Assembly (NCBI GenBank): GCA_043758955.1
Contig: JAYVML010000200.1
Location: 1 to 62,910, forward strand
DNA: 62,910 bases
Origin: Novosphingobium sp.
GTDB lineage: Bacteria > Pseudomonadota > Alphaproteobacteria > Sphingomonadales > Sphingomonadaceae
Direction of reading: 5' to 3'
How positions within the stretch are numbered: position 1 is the stretch's first letter; each line of letters begins with the position of its first letter. This document shows positions 52,528 to 61,444 of this stretch, in pieces. The translations under genes and the position numbers were made by a program. The notes beneath the pieces were generated by a model. That model did not search any database. It worked only from the letters and a program-made list of their open reading frames with translations, and had not been told where the DNA came from.

Positions 52528-53817
52528 ATGAATGCTCCTTGGAAACAAGCCGCGCAAGGTAACCGCGACGCCTTTGCCGCCTTCATCTGCGATGACGCCG
52601 CGCTTGACGTGCTGCGCCCCGTCATAATCGAAATGGGCTGGCAGCCCGAGAAGTGCAACAAGGGCGGATTGCGTAATGCGGTTCAGTCGCTGTCGATCTC
52701 GGCCAGCCCCAACATCCTGATGGTTGACCTGTCGGAAAGCGGCGATCCGCTGAGCGATATCAATGCCTTGGCCGAGGTTTGCGAACCCGGCACGGTGGTG
52801 ATCGCAGTCGGCCAGGTCAACGATGTTCGGCTGTACCGCGATCTGCTGGCCAGCGGAATCCACGATTATCTGCTCAAACCCTTGTCACCTGGCCAAGTGC
52901 GGGATTCGCTGGTCAATGCCCAGTCGGTGTTTGCCAATCCCAAACAGCACGATGCCGCTTTGGCGAAGAAGCACATCTCGACTGCAGTGATCGGCACGCG
53001 CGGCGGGGTCGGCGCTTCGACTATCGCCACATCGCTCGCGTGGCTATTCAGCGCCGACGAAAAGTGCCCGACCGCATTACTCGATCTTGACGTACACTTC
53101 GGCACCGGCGCACTGGCTCTCGACCTTGAGCCAGGCCGCGGCTTGACCGATGCGATCGAGAACCCAGGCCGGATTGATGGATTGTTTATCGAACGCGCGA
53201 TGATCCGCGCTAACGATCACCTTGCGATCCTTTCGGCTGAGGCGCCGATGAGTTCGCCGCTGATGACCGACGGCGCAGCTTTCGTGCAATTGGAGGAAGA
53301 ATTCCGCCAGGCGTTCGAAATGACCGTGATCGATTTGCCGCGCAACATGCTGATCAACTTTCCCAACCTCCTGTCCGACGTGAATGCCGTGCTGGTCGTG
53401 ACGGAAATGACACTCGCCTCGGCGCGTGACGCAATCCGCATCCTGTCGTGGCTCAAATCCAACGCCGCGCACGTCCAGCCGATTGTTATCGCCAACAAAG
53501 TCCAAGCGGGACTGGCCGAGATCAGCAAAGCCGATTTCGAGGCCTCGATCGAACGCAAGATCAACTTCACCGTGCCTTACGACATCAAAGCGGCAACCAA
53601 TGCCGCCAAGCTGGGCCAGACCTTTGCTGATGCCAATCGATCGTCGAAAGCCGGCATCGCGATGCGTGACATCGCCAAGGCCGTAATGGGTGTGGGTGAC
53701 GGTGAAATTGTTGACGTGGCAATCAAGCCGAAAAGCTCGCTGCTGGGCAAATTCGATCTCAAGAGCATGCTGTCGAGTTCGAAGAAAGACAAGGCACCTG
53801 CTGCGGCTCAGGCCTGA
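52528..53817 (+). CDS. cpaE: Pilus assembly protein CpaE/TadZ
   Basis: Receiver-like N-terminus (NDV.LYR.L...G..DYL.KP) plus deviant Walker A GTRGGVGAST, DLD..FG. Confidence 0.92.
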   Translation: MNAPWKQAAQGNRDAFAAFICDDAALDVLRPVIIEMGWQPEKCNKGGLRNAVQSLSISASPNILMVDLSESGDPLSDINALAEVCEPGTVVIAVGQVNDVRLYRDLLASGIHDYLLKPLSPGQVRDSLVNAQSVFANPKQHDAALAKKHISTAVIGTRGGVGASTIATSLAWLFSADEKCPTALLDLDVHFGTGALALDLEPGRGLTDAIENPGRIDGLFIERAMIRANDHLAILSAEAPMSSPLMTDGAAFVQLEEEFRQAFEMTVIDLPRNMLINFPNLLSDVNAVLVVTEMTLASARDAIRILSWLKSNAAHVQPIVIANKVQAGLAEISKADFEASIERKINFTVPYDIKAATNAAKLGQTFADANRSSKAGIAMRDIAKAVMGVGDGEIVDVAIKPKSSLLGKFDLKSMLSSSKKDKAPAAAQA

Positions 53818-53885
53818 AGCGGGGCGTAACCGGGCCGCGTTGCTGATGCAGCGCAGACCCCAGTCAAGGAAGGCGTGACCCGCAG

Positions 53886-54857
53886 ATGGGCATTTTGCAG
53901 CTCCTGCTGATTGCCATGGGCATGATGGGCATTATGGTGATGGGGTACCTGGCTCTGTCAGGCCCGTCAGCGACCAAGGAAAGTGCGCGCCGTTTGCAGG
54001 CGCTGCGCTATCGCCATAGCGAAAGCACCATGGACAAGGTGGAGGCTCAGCTGCGCAAGGCGGTGGCTGCGCGCAAGCCCAAGATGCATCAGTTGGCTGG
54101 GTCGGAATCGCGCCTAGCTGCGCTCTCGATGCGGCTCCACCGCACCGGCAAGAACTGGACCCTAGCGCAATATGCCTATGCTTCGGCCGGGCTGGCGCTG
54201 ACGCTGACCGTACTGCTGTTCCTTAAGACCGGTGCCGTCATGCTGGCACTTGGGATTGGCCTGCTGATCGGAGCCGGGCTGCCGCACATGGTGGTCAACT
54301 TCTTTATTAAGAAGCGCACCGGCAAGTTCACGACCAAGTTTCCCGATGCGATCGAACTGCTGGTCCGCGGCCTGCGCTCGGGTCTGCCGGTGTCCGAAAC
54401 GCTGGGCGTTGTGGCCTCCGAAGTCCCCGGCCCGGTGGGCGAGGAATTCAAATTGGTGACCGAGCGGATGCGGATCGGCAAGACCATGGAAGAGGCGCTG
54501 CAGAATACCGCAGACCGCATGAACACCCCCGAATTCAGCTTCTTCTGCATCACCTTAGCAATTCAACGCGAGACTGGCGGCAACTTGGCCGAGACCCTTT
54601 CGAACCTGGCCGATGTGCTGCGCAAGCGCGCGCAAATGAAGCTCAAGATTCGGGCGATGAGTTCTGAATCAAAAGCCTCGGCCTATATCGTCGGTTCGCT
54701 GCCATTCATCGTGTTCGGGATGATCTACTGGATCAACCCCCAGTATCTCGGCGGCTTTTTCACTGATGACCGGCTGATTATCATCGGTCTTGGCGGCGCG
54801 GTGTGGATGTCGATGGGCGCCTTCATCATGGCCAAAATGGTCAGCTTCGAAATCTGA
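53886..54857 (+). CDS. tadB: Tad inner-membrane platform protein TadB
   Basis: FPDAIELLVRGLRSG, IQRETGGNLAE.L, A.SSE.K.SA. Confidence 0.93.
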   Translation: MGILQLLLIAMGMMGIMVMGYLALSGPSATKESARRLQALRYRHSESTMDKVEAQLRKAVAARKPKMHQLAGSESRLAALSMRLHRTGKNWTLAQYAYASAGLALTLTVLLFLKTGAVMLALGIGLLIGAGLPHMVVNFFIKKRTGKFTTKFPDAIELLVRGLRSGLPVSETLGVVASEVPGPVGEEFKLVTERMRIGKTMEEALQNTADRMNTPEFSFFCITLAIQRETGGNLAETLSNLADVLRKRAQMKLKIRAMSSESKASAYIVGSLPFIVFGMIYWINPQYLGGFFTDDRLIIIGLGGAVWMSMGAFIMAKMVSFEI

Positions 54858-54875
54858 GCGAGGGAAACAAGTATT

Positions 54876-55883
54876 ATGTTGCACACCCCGCCCGGACCCA
54901 CCTTGATGGGCATCGACGTTATTTGGGTCGGTACAATTCTGGCGTTTATGGCCGTAACCGCGGTCATGTACGCGGTCTACACGGCGATAACGATCCGTGA
55001 TCCGATGCAAAAGCGCGTCAAGGCGCTGAACGACCGCCGTGATCAGCTGAAGTCCGGGCTGATGACTCAAGCTTCGCGTAAGCGCGCCAGTCTGGTGCGC
55101 AACACCGACACCACCGACAAGATGAAAGACACGCTGTCTTCGCTCAAGGTCTTGCAGCAGAGCCAGGTGACGATGATCCAGCAGAAACTGGCTCAGGCCG
55201 GGATCCGCAAGAAGGAGCTGGGCATTGCGGTGATTTTCGCGCGGATGGTGCTACCGATTGTAATCGGCGGGATTGTCGCGCTAATCGTCTATGGCTTCAA
55301 TTATTTCCCAACCTGGGGAGGCATGAAACGACTGGCAGCTTTCGCAGCTGCGGTTGGTTTGGGCTATAAAGGCCCGGAAATTTACATTGGCAATCTGATC
55401 AAAAAGCGTACGGATGCGATCCGTAAAGGCTTACCCGATGCGCTCGATCTGTTGGTGATCTGCGCCGAGGCCGGCCTGACCGTCGACGCCGCGTTCAATC
55501 GCGTGGCGCGCGAACTGGGCCGGGCCTACCCCGAACTGGGCGACGAATTCGCGCTGACCGCAATCGAACTCGCATTCCTGAGCGAGCGGCGGCAAGCCTT
55601 CGAAAACCTGGCTTACCGGGTCAATCTCGAAGCGATCAAGGGCGTGACCACCACCATGGTTCAAACCGAACGCTATGGAACGCCGCTCGCTTCGGCGCTG
55701 CGCGTGCTTTCGGCTGAATTCCGCAATGATCGGATGATGCGCGCCGAAGAAAAAGCCGCGCGTCTGCCGGCGATCATGACCGTACCGCTAATCCTGTTCA
55801 TCCTGCCGGTGCTGTTCATCGTGATCCTCGGGCCCGCAGCTTGCTCGATCTCCGATGCCTTCAGCCACAAGCCTGGACAATAG
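54876..55883 (+). CDS. tadC: Tad inner-membrane platform protein TadC
   Basis: LPDALDLLVICAEAGL, Q.ERYGTP, AEEKAA.LP..MTVPLILFILP..F.VILGPA. Confidence 0.93.
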   Translation: MLHTPPGPTLMGIDVIWVGTILAFMAVTAVMYAVYTAITIRDPMQKRVKALNDRRDQLKSGLMTQASRKRASLVRNTDTTDKMKDTLSSLKVLQQSQVTMIQQKLAQAGIRKKELGIAVIFARMVLPIVIGGIVALIVYGFNYFPTWGGMKRLAAFAAAVGLGYKGPEIYIGNLIKKRTDAIRKGLPDALDLLVICAEAGLTVDAAFNRVARELGRAYPELGDEFALTAIELAFLSERRQAFENLAYRVNLEAIKGVTTTMVQTERYGTPLASALRVLSAEFRNDRMMRAEEKAARLPAIMTVPLILFILPVLFIVILGPAACSISDAFSHKPGQ

Positions 55884-55910
55884 ACTGATTGCTGTGGGGG
55901 CAACCAAGCG

Positions 55911-55939
55911 CCGGTCCGGGGATACCCGGGCCGGTTTTT
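55911..55939 (+). terminator. Rho-independent terminator after tadC
   Basis: CCGGTCCGGG-GATA-CCCGGGCCGG followed by T5. Confidence 0.85.
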
Positions 55940-55943
55940 GCTT

Positions 55944-56951
55944 TTAAACCTTCACGACTTCCTGTTCGATCGCGCCGAAGATGCTGTGCCCGGCACTGTC
56001 GCGCATTTCGATCCGCACGGTATCGCCATAGCGCAAGAACGGTGTGCTCGCCTCGCCCGTGGCAATAGTCTCGACCATGCGCAGCTCAGCAATGCACGAA
56101 TAGCCGCGCCCGCCCGCCGCGACCGGCCGGCCCGGCGAGCCATCGGGATCGCGATTGGAGACGGTGCCCGAACCGATAATCGAGCCTGCGCCGACCCGGC
56201 GGGTCATGGCCAGATGCGCCACCAACGTACCAAAGTCGAACGTGCATTCCTCGCCCGCATCGGCACGTCCGAACGGTTGGCCGTTGAGGTCGACAGCTAG
56301 GACCCCGCTCAGCCGCCCGCTGTTCCACGCCGCGCCCAGCTCGTCAGGGGTGACGAATACCGGTGAGAAGTGCGTGGCCGGCTTGGACTGGACGAAGCCG
56401 AAGCCCTTGGCCAGTTCACCCGGGATCAGGTTGCGCAACGAAACATCGTTGACCAAGCCGACCAGCCGCACATGGCTGAGCGCATCGACCACACTCACGC
56501 CCTGCGGGACATCGCCGGTGACCACGCAGATCTCCGCCTCCATATCGCAGCCCCAGGCTTCTTCCCCCAGCGTGATTGGTTCGCGGGCGCCGCGCAAGTC
56601 GTCGCTGCCGCCCTGGTACATCAGCGGATCGTGCCAGAAACTGTCGGGCAGTTGGGCTCCGCGTGCCTGCCGGACCAATTCTACATGATTGACGTAAGCC
56701 GAACCGTCGGCCCACTGGAACGCGCGCGGTAGCGGCGCGGCGACTTCGCGTTCATGGAAGCGGGTCCGCGGGATTGCCCCGTGTTCCAGCTCGGTCGCGA
56801 GCGCGCGCAACGCCGGTTCGTGCCGCTCCCAATCGTCCAGCGCGGCTTGCAGGCTGGGCACCACATGGCCCGCCGCCGCATACCAGGCCAGATCGGTGCT
56901 GACGACCACCAGCTGGCCGTCGCGGCCATGGGGCATTGAGGCGAGTTTCAT
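55944..56951 (-). CDS. Fumarylacetoacetate hydrolase family protein
   Basis: PLPRA.QWADGSAY.NH, PLMYQGGSD, D.EAE, NDVSLR, QSKP, GSGTVSN; ATG 56951 coupled to marR. Confidence 0.92.
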   Translation of the reverse strand: MKLASMPHGRDGQLVVVSTDLAWYAAAGHVVPSLQAALDDWERHEPALRALATELEHGAIPRTRFHEREVAAPLPRAFQWADGSAYVNHVELVRQARGAQLPDSFWHDPLMYQGGSDDLRGAREPITLGEEAWGCDMEAEICVVTGDVPQGVSVVDALSHVRLVGLVNDVSLRNLIPGELAKGFGFVQSKPATHFSPVFVTPDELGAAWNSGRLSGVLAVDLNGQPFGRADAGEECTFDFGTLVAHLAMTRRVGAGSIIGSGTVSNRDPDGSPGRPVAAGGRGYSCIAELRMVETIATGEASTPFLRYGDTVRIEMRDSAGHSIFGAIEQEVVKV

Positions 56952-57400
56952 CAATCGGTTCCCGTCGGTTCGGCCTGGGCGCGGATGCGCTGGAGCAAAT
57001 CTTTGAATAGGCTGCGTTCGGCCGCGCTCAAGGCGGAAAACATCTGCGCCTCCATCGCCAGCGCAATCGGCATAATTTCGCCGTATACCGCCAGCCCCGC
57101 GCCGGTCAGCTCGAGATGGTGTGAACGTCCGTCGGCGGCATTTGGCCACCGTGCCAACAGCGCGCGATCTTCCAACACTTTGCACGCGCGATTGACCGCC
57201 ACTTTATCCATCCGCGTCGCCTCAACCAGCGCGCGCTGCGTTTGCGCGCCAAGATCGCCGAGCACCGCCATCACCCGCCATTCGGGAATCTTCAGTCCGA
57301 ACTGAGCGCGGTACTGATCGGCAATCCGGTCGCTGACCGCGTTCGACGTGATCGACAGCAGGTAAGGCAGGAAATCGGTAAGGCGGGTCTGGGCCGACAT
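56951..57400 (-). CDS. MarR-family regulator
   Basis: FLPYLL, GL.IPEWRV.AVL, MDKV.VNRA, D.RS..L.LT..G. Confidence 0.92.
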   Translation of the reverse strand: MSAQTRLTDFLPYLLSITSNAVSDRIADQYRAQFGLKIPEWRVMAVLGDLGAQTQRALVEATRMDKVAVNRACKVLEDRALLARWPNAADGRSHHLELTGAGLAVYGEIMPIALAMEAQMFSALSAAERSLFKDLLQRIRAQAEPTGTD

Positions 57401-57403
57401 GGC

Positions 57404-57429
57404 AAACTGGTTCCTCTTGCAACCAATTT
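57404..57429. promoter_or_regulatory. Probable MarR operator overlapping the marR RBS
   Basis: AAAcTGGTTcCtcttGCAACCAaTTT imperfect palindrome directly upstream of ATG 57400. Confidence 0.6.
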
Positions 57430-57465
57430 TCTATGGGCAAGCTAGCGCGGGCGCAATGGCGCTGG

Positions 57466-58095
57466 TCAATTTCTCACGGCCTCGGGCGCGGCCGCGGCAA
57501 ATGCGGGCAGTCCGCGCAACACCTCGTCAATCGCCAACAGTTTGGGATAGACTTCGAGCGGCTGATCGAACCGCCGGGCGTTGGCCAATTGCGGCACCAG
57601 GCAGACATCGGCGAGATTGGGTTGGGCTCCGCCGAACAGTCCGTGCTCGGGGGACTGCGTTTCCAATGCGGCCAGCCCTTCGGCGATCCAGTGGCGGTAC
57701 CAGCTATTCACCGCGTCCTCACCCTGCCCCAGCTCGCGCCGCAAATAATTGAGTACGCGCAGGTTGTTGATCGGATGAATATCCGCGGCGATGATCAGCG
57801 CCTGCGCCAGAGTGCGCGACCGGCTGGCCGGATCGGACGAGACCATAGGTGGGTCTTTGTAATTGGCATCAAGGTAATCGATGATTGCTAAACTCTGTGT
57901 CAGCAGCAGCCCGTCAATGGCCAAAGCCGGAACGAAGCCTTGCGGATTGAGCGCTTTGTAGTCCGCGCTGCCTTGCGCACCCTGGCTCAAATCGATCGGC
58001 ACGCTGCAATAGGCCACGCCCTTGAGATTGAGCACGATCCGCACCCGGTAAGCGGCGGACGAACGCCAATAATCGTAGAGCACCACCTCGCTCAT
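57466..58095 (-). CDS. maiA: Maleylacetoacetate isomerase (GST zeta)
   Basis: YWRSSAAYRVRI.LNLKG, NPQG.VP, QSLAII.YL, DIHPINNLRVL, AD.CLVPQ..NA.RF. Confidence 0.94.
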   Translation of the reverse strand: MSEVVLYDYWRSSAAYRVRIVLNLKGVAYCSVPIDLSQGAQGSADYKALNPQGFVPALAIDGLLLTQSLAIIDYLDANYKDPPMVSSDPASRSRTLAQALIIAADIHPINNLRVLNYLRRELGQGEDAVNSWYRHWIAEGLAALETQSPEHGLFGGAQPNLADVCLVPQLANARRFDQPLEVYPKLLAIDEVLRGLPAFAAAAPEAVRN

Positions 58096-58973
58096 TTCAG
58101 CACCCTTCCCGCAACGGCTTGCAGCCGCGCCGCCAGAGCCGCATCGCGGGCCGCCGGCGCGGTCATGATAGCCGCATCAAGCGCTACATCAATCGGGCTA
58201 GGCGAGCGGCTGCCTGGCAGCGACGCCGCCAGCCGTTCCACCACCCGCAGCGCCAGTGCCGCATTGCGCTGCATCACTGCGACCACGTTGCCCGCCTCAA
58301 CCCCTGCGTCATCTGCGCGCCAGCTATCATAATCGGTGACCATGCCAAGCATCGCATAGGGCAGCTCGGCTTCCCGCGCGAGCCGGGCTTCGGGCATACC
58401 GGTCATCCCGATCACATCGCCGCCCCAACTTTGGTACAAGCGGCTTTCGGCGCGGGTTGAGAACTGCGGGCCGTCGATCGCGACATAGCAGCCGCCGTCA
58501 TGGACCTGCGCCGCTTCGGCTTGGACAGCGGCGACCAGCCCCGCGCGCAGCCGCGAGCAAACCGGATCGGCCAGGTTGACGTGGGCAACGAGGCCGGGGC
58601 CGAAAAAACTGTTTGTGCGTGCCACGGTGCAATCGATGAACTGGTCAACCGCCACAAACTCGCCCGGCGCCATCGCCGCATTGAGCGAGCCGATCGCCGA
58701 GAGCGCGATCAGGTCGGTCACGCCGCAGCGTTTAAGCACATCGATATTAGCGCGGTAATTGACCTGCGACGGCGGGATCGCATGACCCTCGCCGTGGCGC
58801 GCCAGCACCGTCACGCGTACGCCGGCCAAGGTTCCCATGGTAACCGCGGCCGAGGGCAAACCGAACGGGCTGGCCACCTCGATCACCTGGGCTGCATCGA
58901 GTGACAGCCCGGCGGCGAGACCCGATCCGCAGATGACGCCAATGTGCCACTGAGATTTAACCGACTCCGGCAT
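58092..58973 (-). CDS. mtnP: S-methyl-5'-thioadenosine phosphorylase family
   Basis: IG.I.GSGL, SPFG.PS, RHG..H..PP..VNYRANI, GPQFSTRAES, GMT..PEA.LAREAE, VTDYD.W. Confidence 0.9.
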   Translation of the reverse strand: MPESVKSQWHIGVICGSGLAAGLSLDAAQVIEVASPFGLPSAAVTMGTLAGVRVTVLARHGEGHAIPPSQVNYRANIDVLKRCGVTDLIALSAIGSLNAAMAPGEFVAVDQFIDCTVARTNSFFGPGLVAHVNLADPVCSRLRAGLVAAVQAEAAQVHDGGCYVAIDGPQFSTRAESRLYQSWGGDVIGMTGMPEARLAREAELPYAMLGMVTDYDSWRADDAGVEAGNVVAVMQRNAALALRVVERLAASLPGSRSPSPIDVALDAAIMTAPAARDAALAARLQAVAGRVLK

Positions 58974-59608
58974 TATTTGGCGAGTATGCCAGCCATAATG
59001 AAATCGATACAATGTTCGCGGTAGCGATCGCGCAGCTCTTCGGTCAGCGTGTCAGTATCGAAGCAATGGCGCAGCACCAGCCGGGCGGAAAAGAATCGGT
59101 CGGCCGCTCCGGTCACCGTGAAATAGAACAATTGCGGATCGACATTGCGGAACAATCCCTGCTTGACCCCGTCCGCGATCAGCCGGTCATAGGCCTTGCT
59201 CAGCGGCGCAAGATAGGAAACGGCAATCCGGTGCGCTTCTTCGCTGTCGCTGTCGCGCACCAACCGCATCAGCAGCCGATTAAGGTAAGGGGATTTGTAA
59301 TAGGTATCGACCACTGCGCCGATATGCCGTTTGAGCCGCACATCGGGAGCCATGTCTTTGGCCATCAGTGCGTCGACCGACTGGACGATCCCCTCCATGT
59401 CGCGGTCAAGCAGGGCCTTCATCAACCCGGCCTTGTTGCCGAAGTAGTATTTGACCAAGGCCGAGTTGAGCCCCGATCGCAGCGACAGCTCGGACAGCGA
59501 GATATCGACGAGGTCGCCCTCGCGCATGATTTTGGATGCGGTTTCGAGCAAGTGTTCGCGCGCGCCCGGCGGCGCCTCAACTGCGGCTTGGTCGCTCGCC
59601 TGGTTCAT
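58973..59608 (-). CDS. TetR-family regulator
   Basis: HTH (ISLSELS..SGLN.ALVKYYFGNK); ATG 59608 overlaps the ECH stop. Confidence 0.92.
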   Translation of the reverse strand: MNQASDQAAVEAPPGAREHLLETASKIMREGDLVDISLSELSLRSGLNSALVKYYFGNKAGLMKALLDRDMEGIVQSVDALMAKDMAPDVRLKRHIGAVVDTYYKSPYLNRLLMRLVRDSDSEEAHRIAVSYLAPLSKAYDRLIADGVKQGLFRNVDPQLFYFTVTGAADRFFSARLVLRHCFDTDTLTEELRDRYREHCIDFIMAGILAK

Positions 59609-60477
59609 GCGTAAGGAGGGTCCTCGTTCCACCACGGATAAAAGTCAGGCATATCGGTAGAAACCCGAGCCGGGAAGACAGGCGGGCGCTTTTCGAGGAA
59701 GCTTTGCACACCTTCCGTAGCGTCAACCCCTTTCGACAGCCGATAGATCGCGCGGCTATCAACCTTGTGCGCGTGCATCGGATGATCGCCCGAGGGCAAC
59801 CGCCACAGCATCGCCCGCGTCATCGCCACCGAAACAGCCGAGGTGTTATCAGCAATCTCGCGCGCAATCCCGCGCGCAGCGTCCATCAATTCGGTCTGCG
59901 GATGAACCGAGCGGACCAGCCCGCCGCGCAGTGCTTCCTGGGCATCGAAGATGCGCCCGGTCATGCACCATTCGAGCGCCCGGTTGATCCCGACGATCTT
60001 GGGCAGGAACCAGCTCGAACACGCCTCAGGCACAATCCCGCGCCGTGCAAATACAAATCCGAAGCGCGCATTGTCGCTCGCCAGCCGAATGTCCATCGGC
60101 AGCTGCATGGTCGCGCCCACACCCACCGCCGCGCCGTTGCAAGCTGAGATCAGCGGCTTCTTCGACTGGAACAACCGCAGGGTCAGCTTGCCCCCGCCAT
60201 CGCGCACGCGCGGATCGGACAAATCATCGACCGGGTTCGAATCCGAAAAAACCGCGCGGCCATCGGCGGGGGTCAGATCTGCGCCGGCGCAAAACGCGCG
60301 CTCGCCGGCCCCGGTGAAGATCACCGCGCGCACGTTGTCATCGGCATCGGTGCGGTCCATCGCCTCGATGATCTCGGTCATCATCGTATTGGTGAACGCA
60401 TTCATCTTCTCGGGCCGGTTGAGCGTGAGCGTGGCGATGCCGTCGCTGATCTCGAGGCTGATCTGTGAATAACCCAT
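59605..60477 (-). CDS. Enoyl-CoA hydratase/isomerase family
   Basis: TLNRPEKMNA, AFCAGADL, KPLI.A.NG.AVG.G, RGIVPEA. Confidence 0.93.
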   Translation of the reverse strand: MGYSQISLEISDGIATLTLNRPEKMNAFTNTMMTEIIEAMDRTDADDNVRAVIFTGAGERAFCAGADLTPADGRAVFSDSNPVDDLSDPRVRDGGGKLTLRLFQSKKPLISACNGAAVGVGATMQLPMDIRLASDNARFGFVFARRGIVPEACSSWFLPKIVGINRALEWCMTGRIFDAQEALRGGLVRSVHPQTELMDAARGIAREIADNTSAVSVAMTRAMLWRLPSGDHPMHAHKVDSRAIYRLSKGVDATEGVQSFLEKRPPVFPARVSTDMPDFYPWWNEDPPYA

Positions 60478-60491
60478 CAATTCCCTCCACA

Positions 60492-60543
60492 TTCCCCCGC
60501 GAAGGCGAAGGTCTCAGGCCTGAGGTTCCCGCCTTCGCGGGAA
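60492..60543. repeat. REP-like palindrome, family B
   Basis: CCCGCGAAGGCG ... CGCCTTCGCGGG arms around an inner CTCAGGCCTGAG palindrome. Confidence 0.75.
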
Positions 60544-60551
60544 CAGGCTAA

Positions 60552-61337
60552 CTACCTCGGCGCCATGCGGATGGCACCATCCAGCCGCACGTCTTCGCCG
60601 TTGAAATAGCCGTTCTCCAGCATGGCCAGCGCCAGGCCGGCATACTCCTCGGGCTTGCCCAGCCGCTTGGGGAACGGCACCGACGCGGCCAGCGCATCCT
60701 TCACTTGTTGCGGCGCGCCCAGCATAAGCGGGGTTTCGAAGATCCCCGGCAGGATCGTGTTGACGCGGATGCCTTCGCTCATCAGATCGCGTGCAATCGG
60801 CAGGGTCATGCCGATCACCCCGGCCTTCGAGGCAGCGTAGGCGACCTGGCCCATCTGTCCGTCCTCGCCCGCGACACTGGCGGTGTTGACGATAGCTCCG
60901 CGTTCACCATCCTCGTTCTGCGGATCGAGCGTCAGCATGCCGGCCGCGGACATGGCGATGCAGCGGAACGTGCCGACCAGATTGATCTGGATCAGCCAGT
61001 CGAAGGCCGATGGTGGATAGAACTTGATCGAGCCGTCGGTCTTGGAGCGGCTGGCAGTCTTCATCGCCGCGCCGGTCCCCGCGCAATTGATCAGTACGCG
61101 CTCCTGCCCGTGCGCGGCGCGGGCCTTGGCGAACCCGGCCTCGACGCTTTCGTCTGAGGTCACATTGACCTCGCAGAATATCCCGCCGATTTCGGCCGCA
61201 ACCGCCTCGCCTTTGTCCTTTTGCAGATCGAACAGCGCAACCTTGACGCCCGTGGCAGCGAGCGCCCGCGCAGTGGCAGCACCCAGCCCCGACGCGCCGC
61301 CGGTAACCACGGCGGCAACAGTGTTATCAAGCTTCAT
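60552..61337 (-). CDS. SDR, 3-hydroxyacyl-CoA dehydrogenase type 2 (HSD17B10-like)
   Basis: TGGASGLG, NCAG, GERG.IVNTASVA, YAASK, GMTLP.ARDL, RLDGAIRM. Confidence 0.92.
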   Translation of the reverse strand: MKLDNTVAAVVTGGASGLGAATARALAATGVKVALFDLQKDKGEAVAAEIGGIFCEVNVTSDESVEAGFAKARAAHGQERVLINCAGTGAAMKTASRSKTDGSIKFYPPSAFDWLIQINLVGTFRCIAMSAAGMLTLDPQNEDGERGAIVNTASVAGEDGQMGQVAYAASKAGVIGMTLPIARDLMSEGIRVNTILPGIFETPLMLGAPQQVKDALAASVPFPKRLGKPEEYAGLALAMLENGYFNGEDVRLDGAIRMAPR

Positions 61338-61354
61338 TGCTTATTCTCCCTATC

Positions 61355-61439
61355 CGTCATCCCGGGCTTGACCCCGGATCGCTGGCCGACTGGCGCAGCG
61401 CGTAATTGCCAGCAGTCCCGGATCAAGTCCGGGACGACG
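61355..61439. repeat. REP-like palindrome, family A copy 3
   Basis: CGTCATCCCGGGCTTGACCCCGGATCGCTGG ... CCAGCAGTCCCGGATCAAGTCCGGGACGACG. Confidence 0.85.
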
Positions 61440-61444
61440 CAGTT

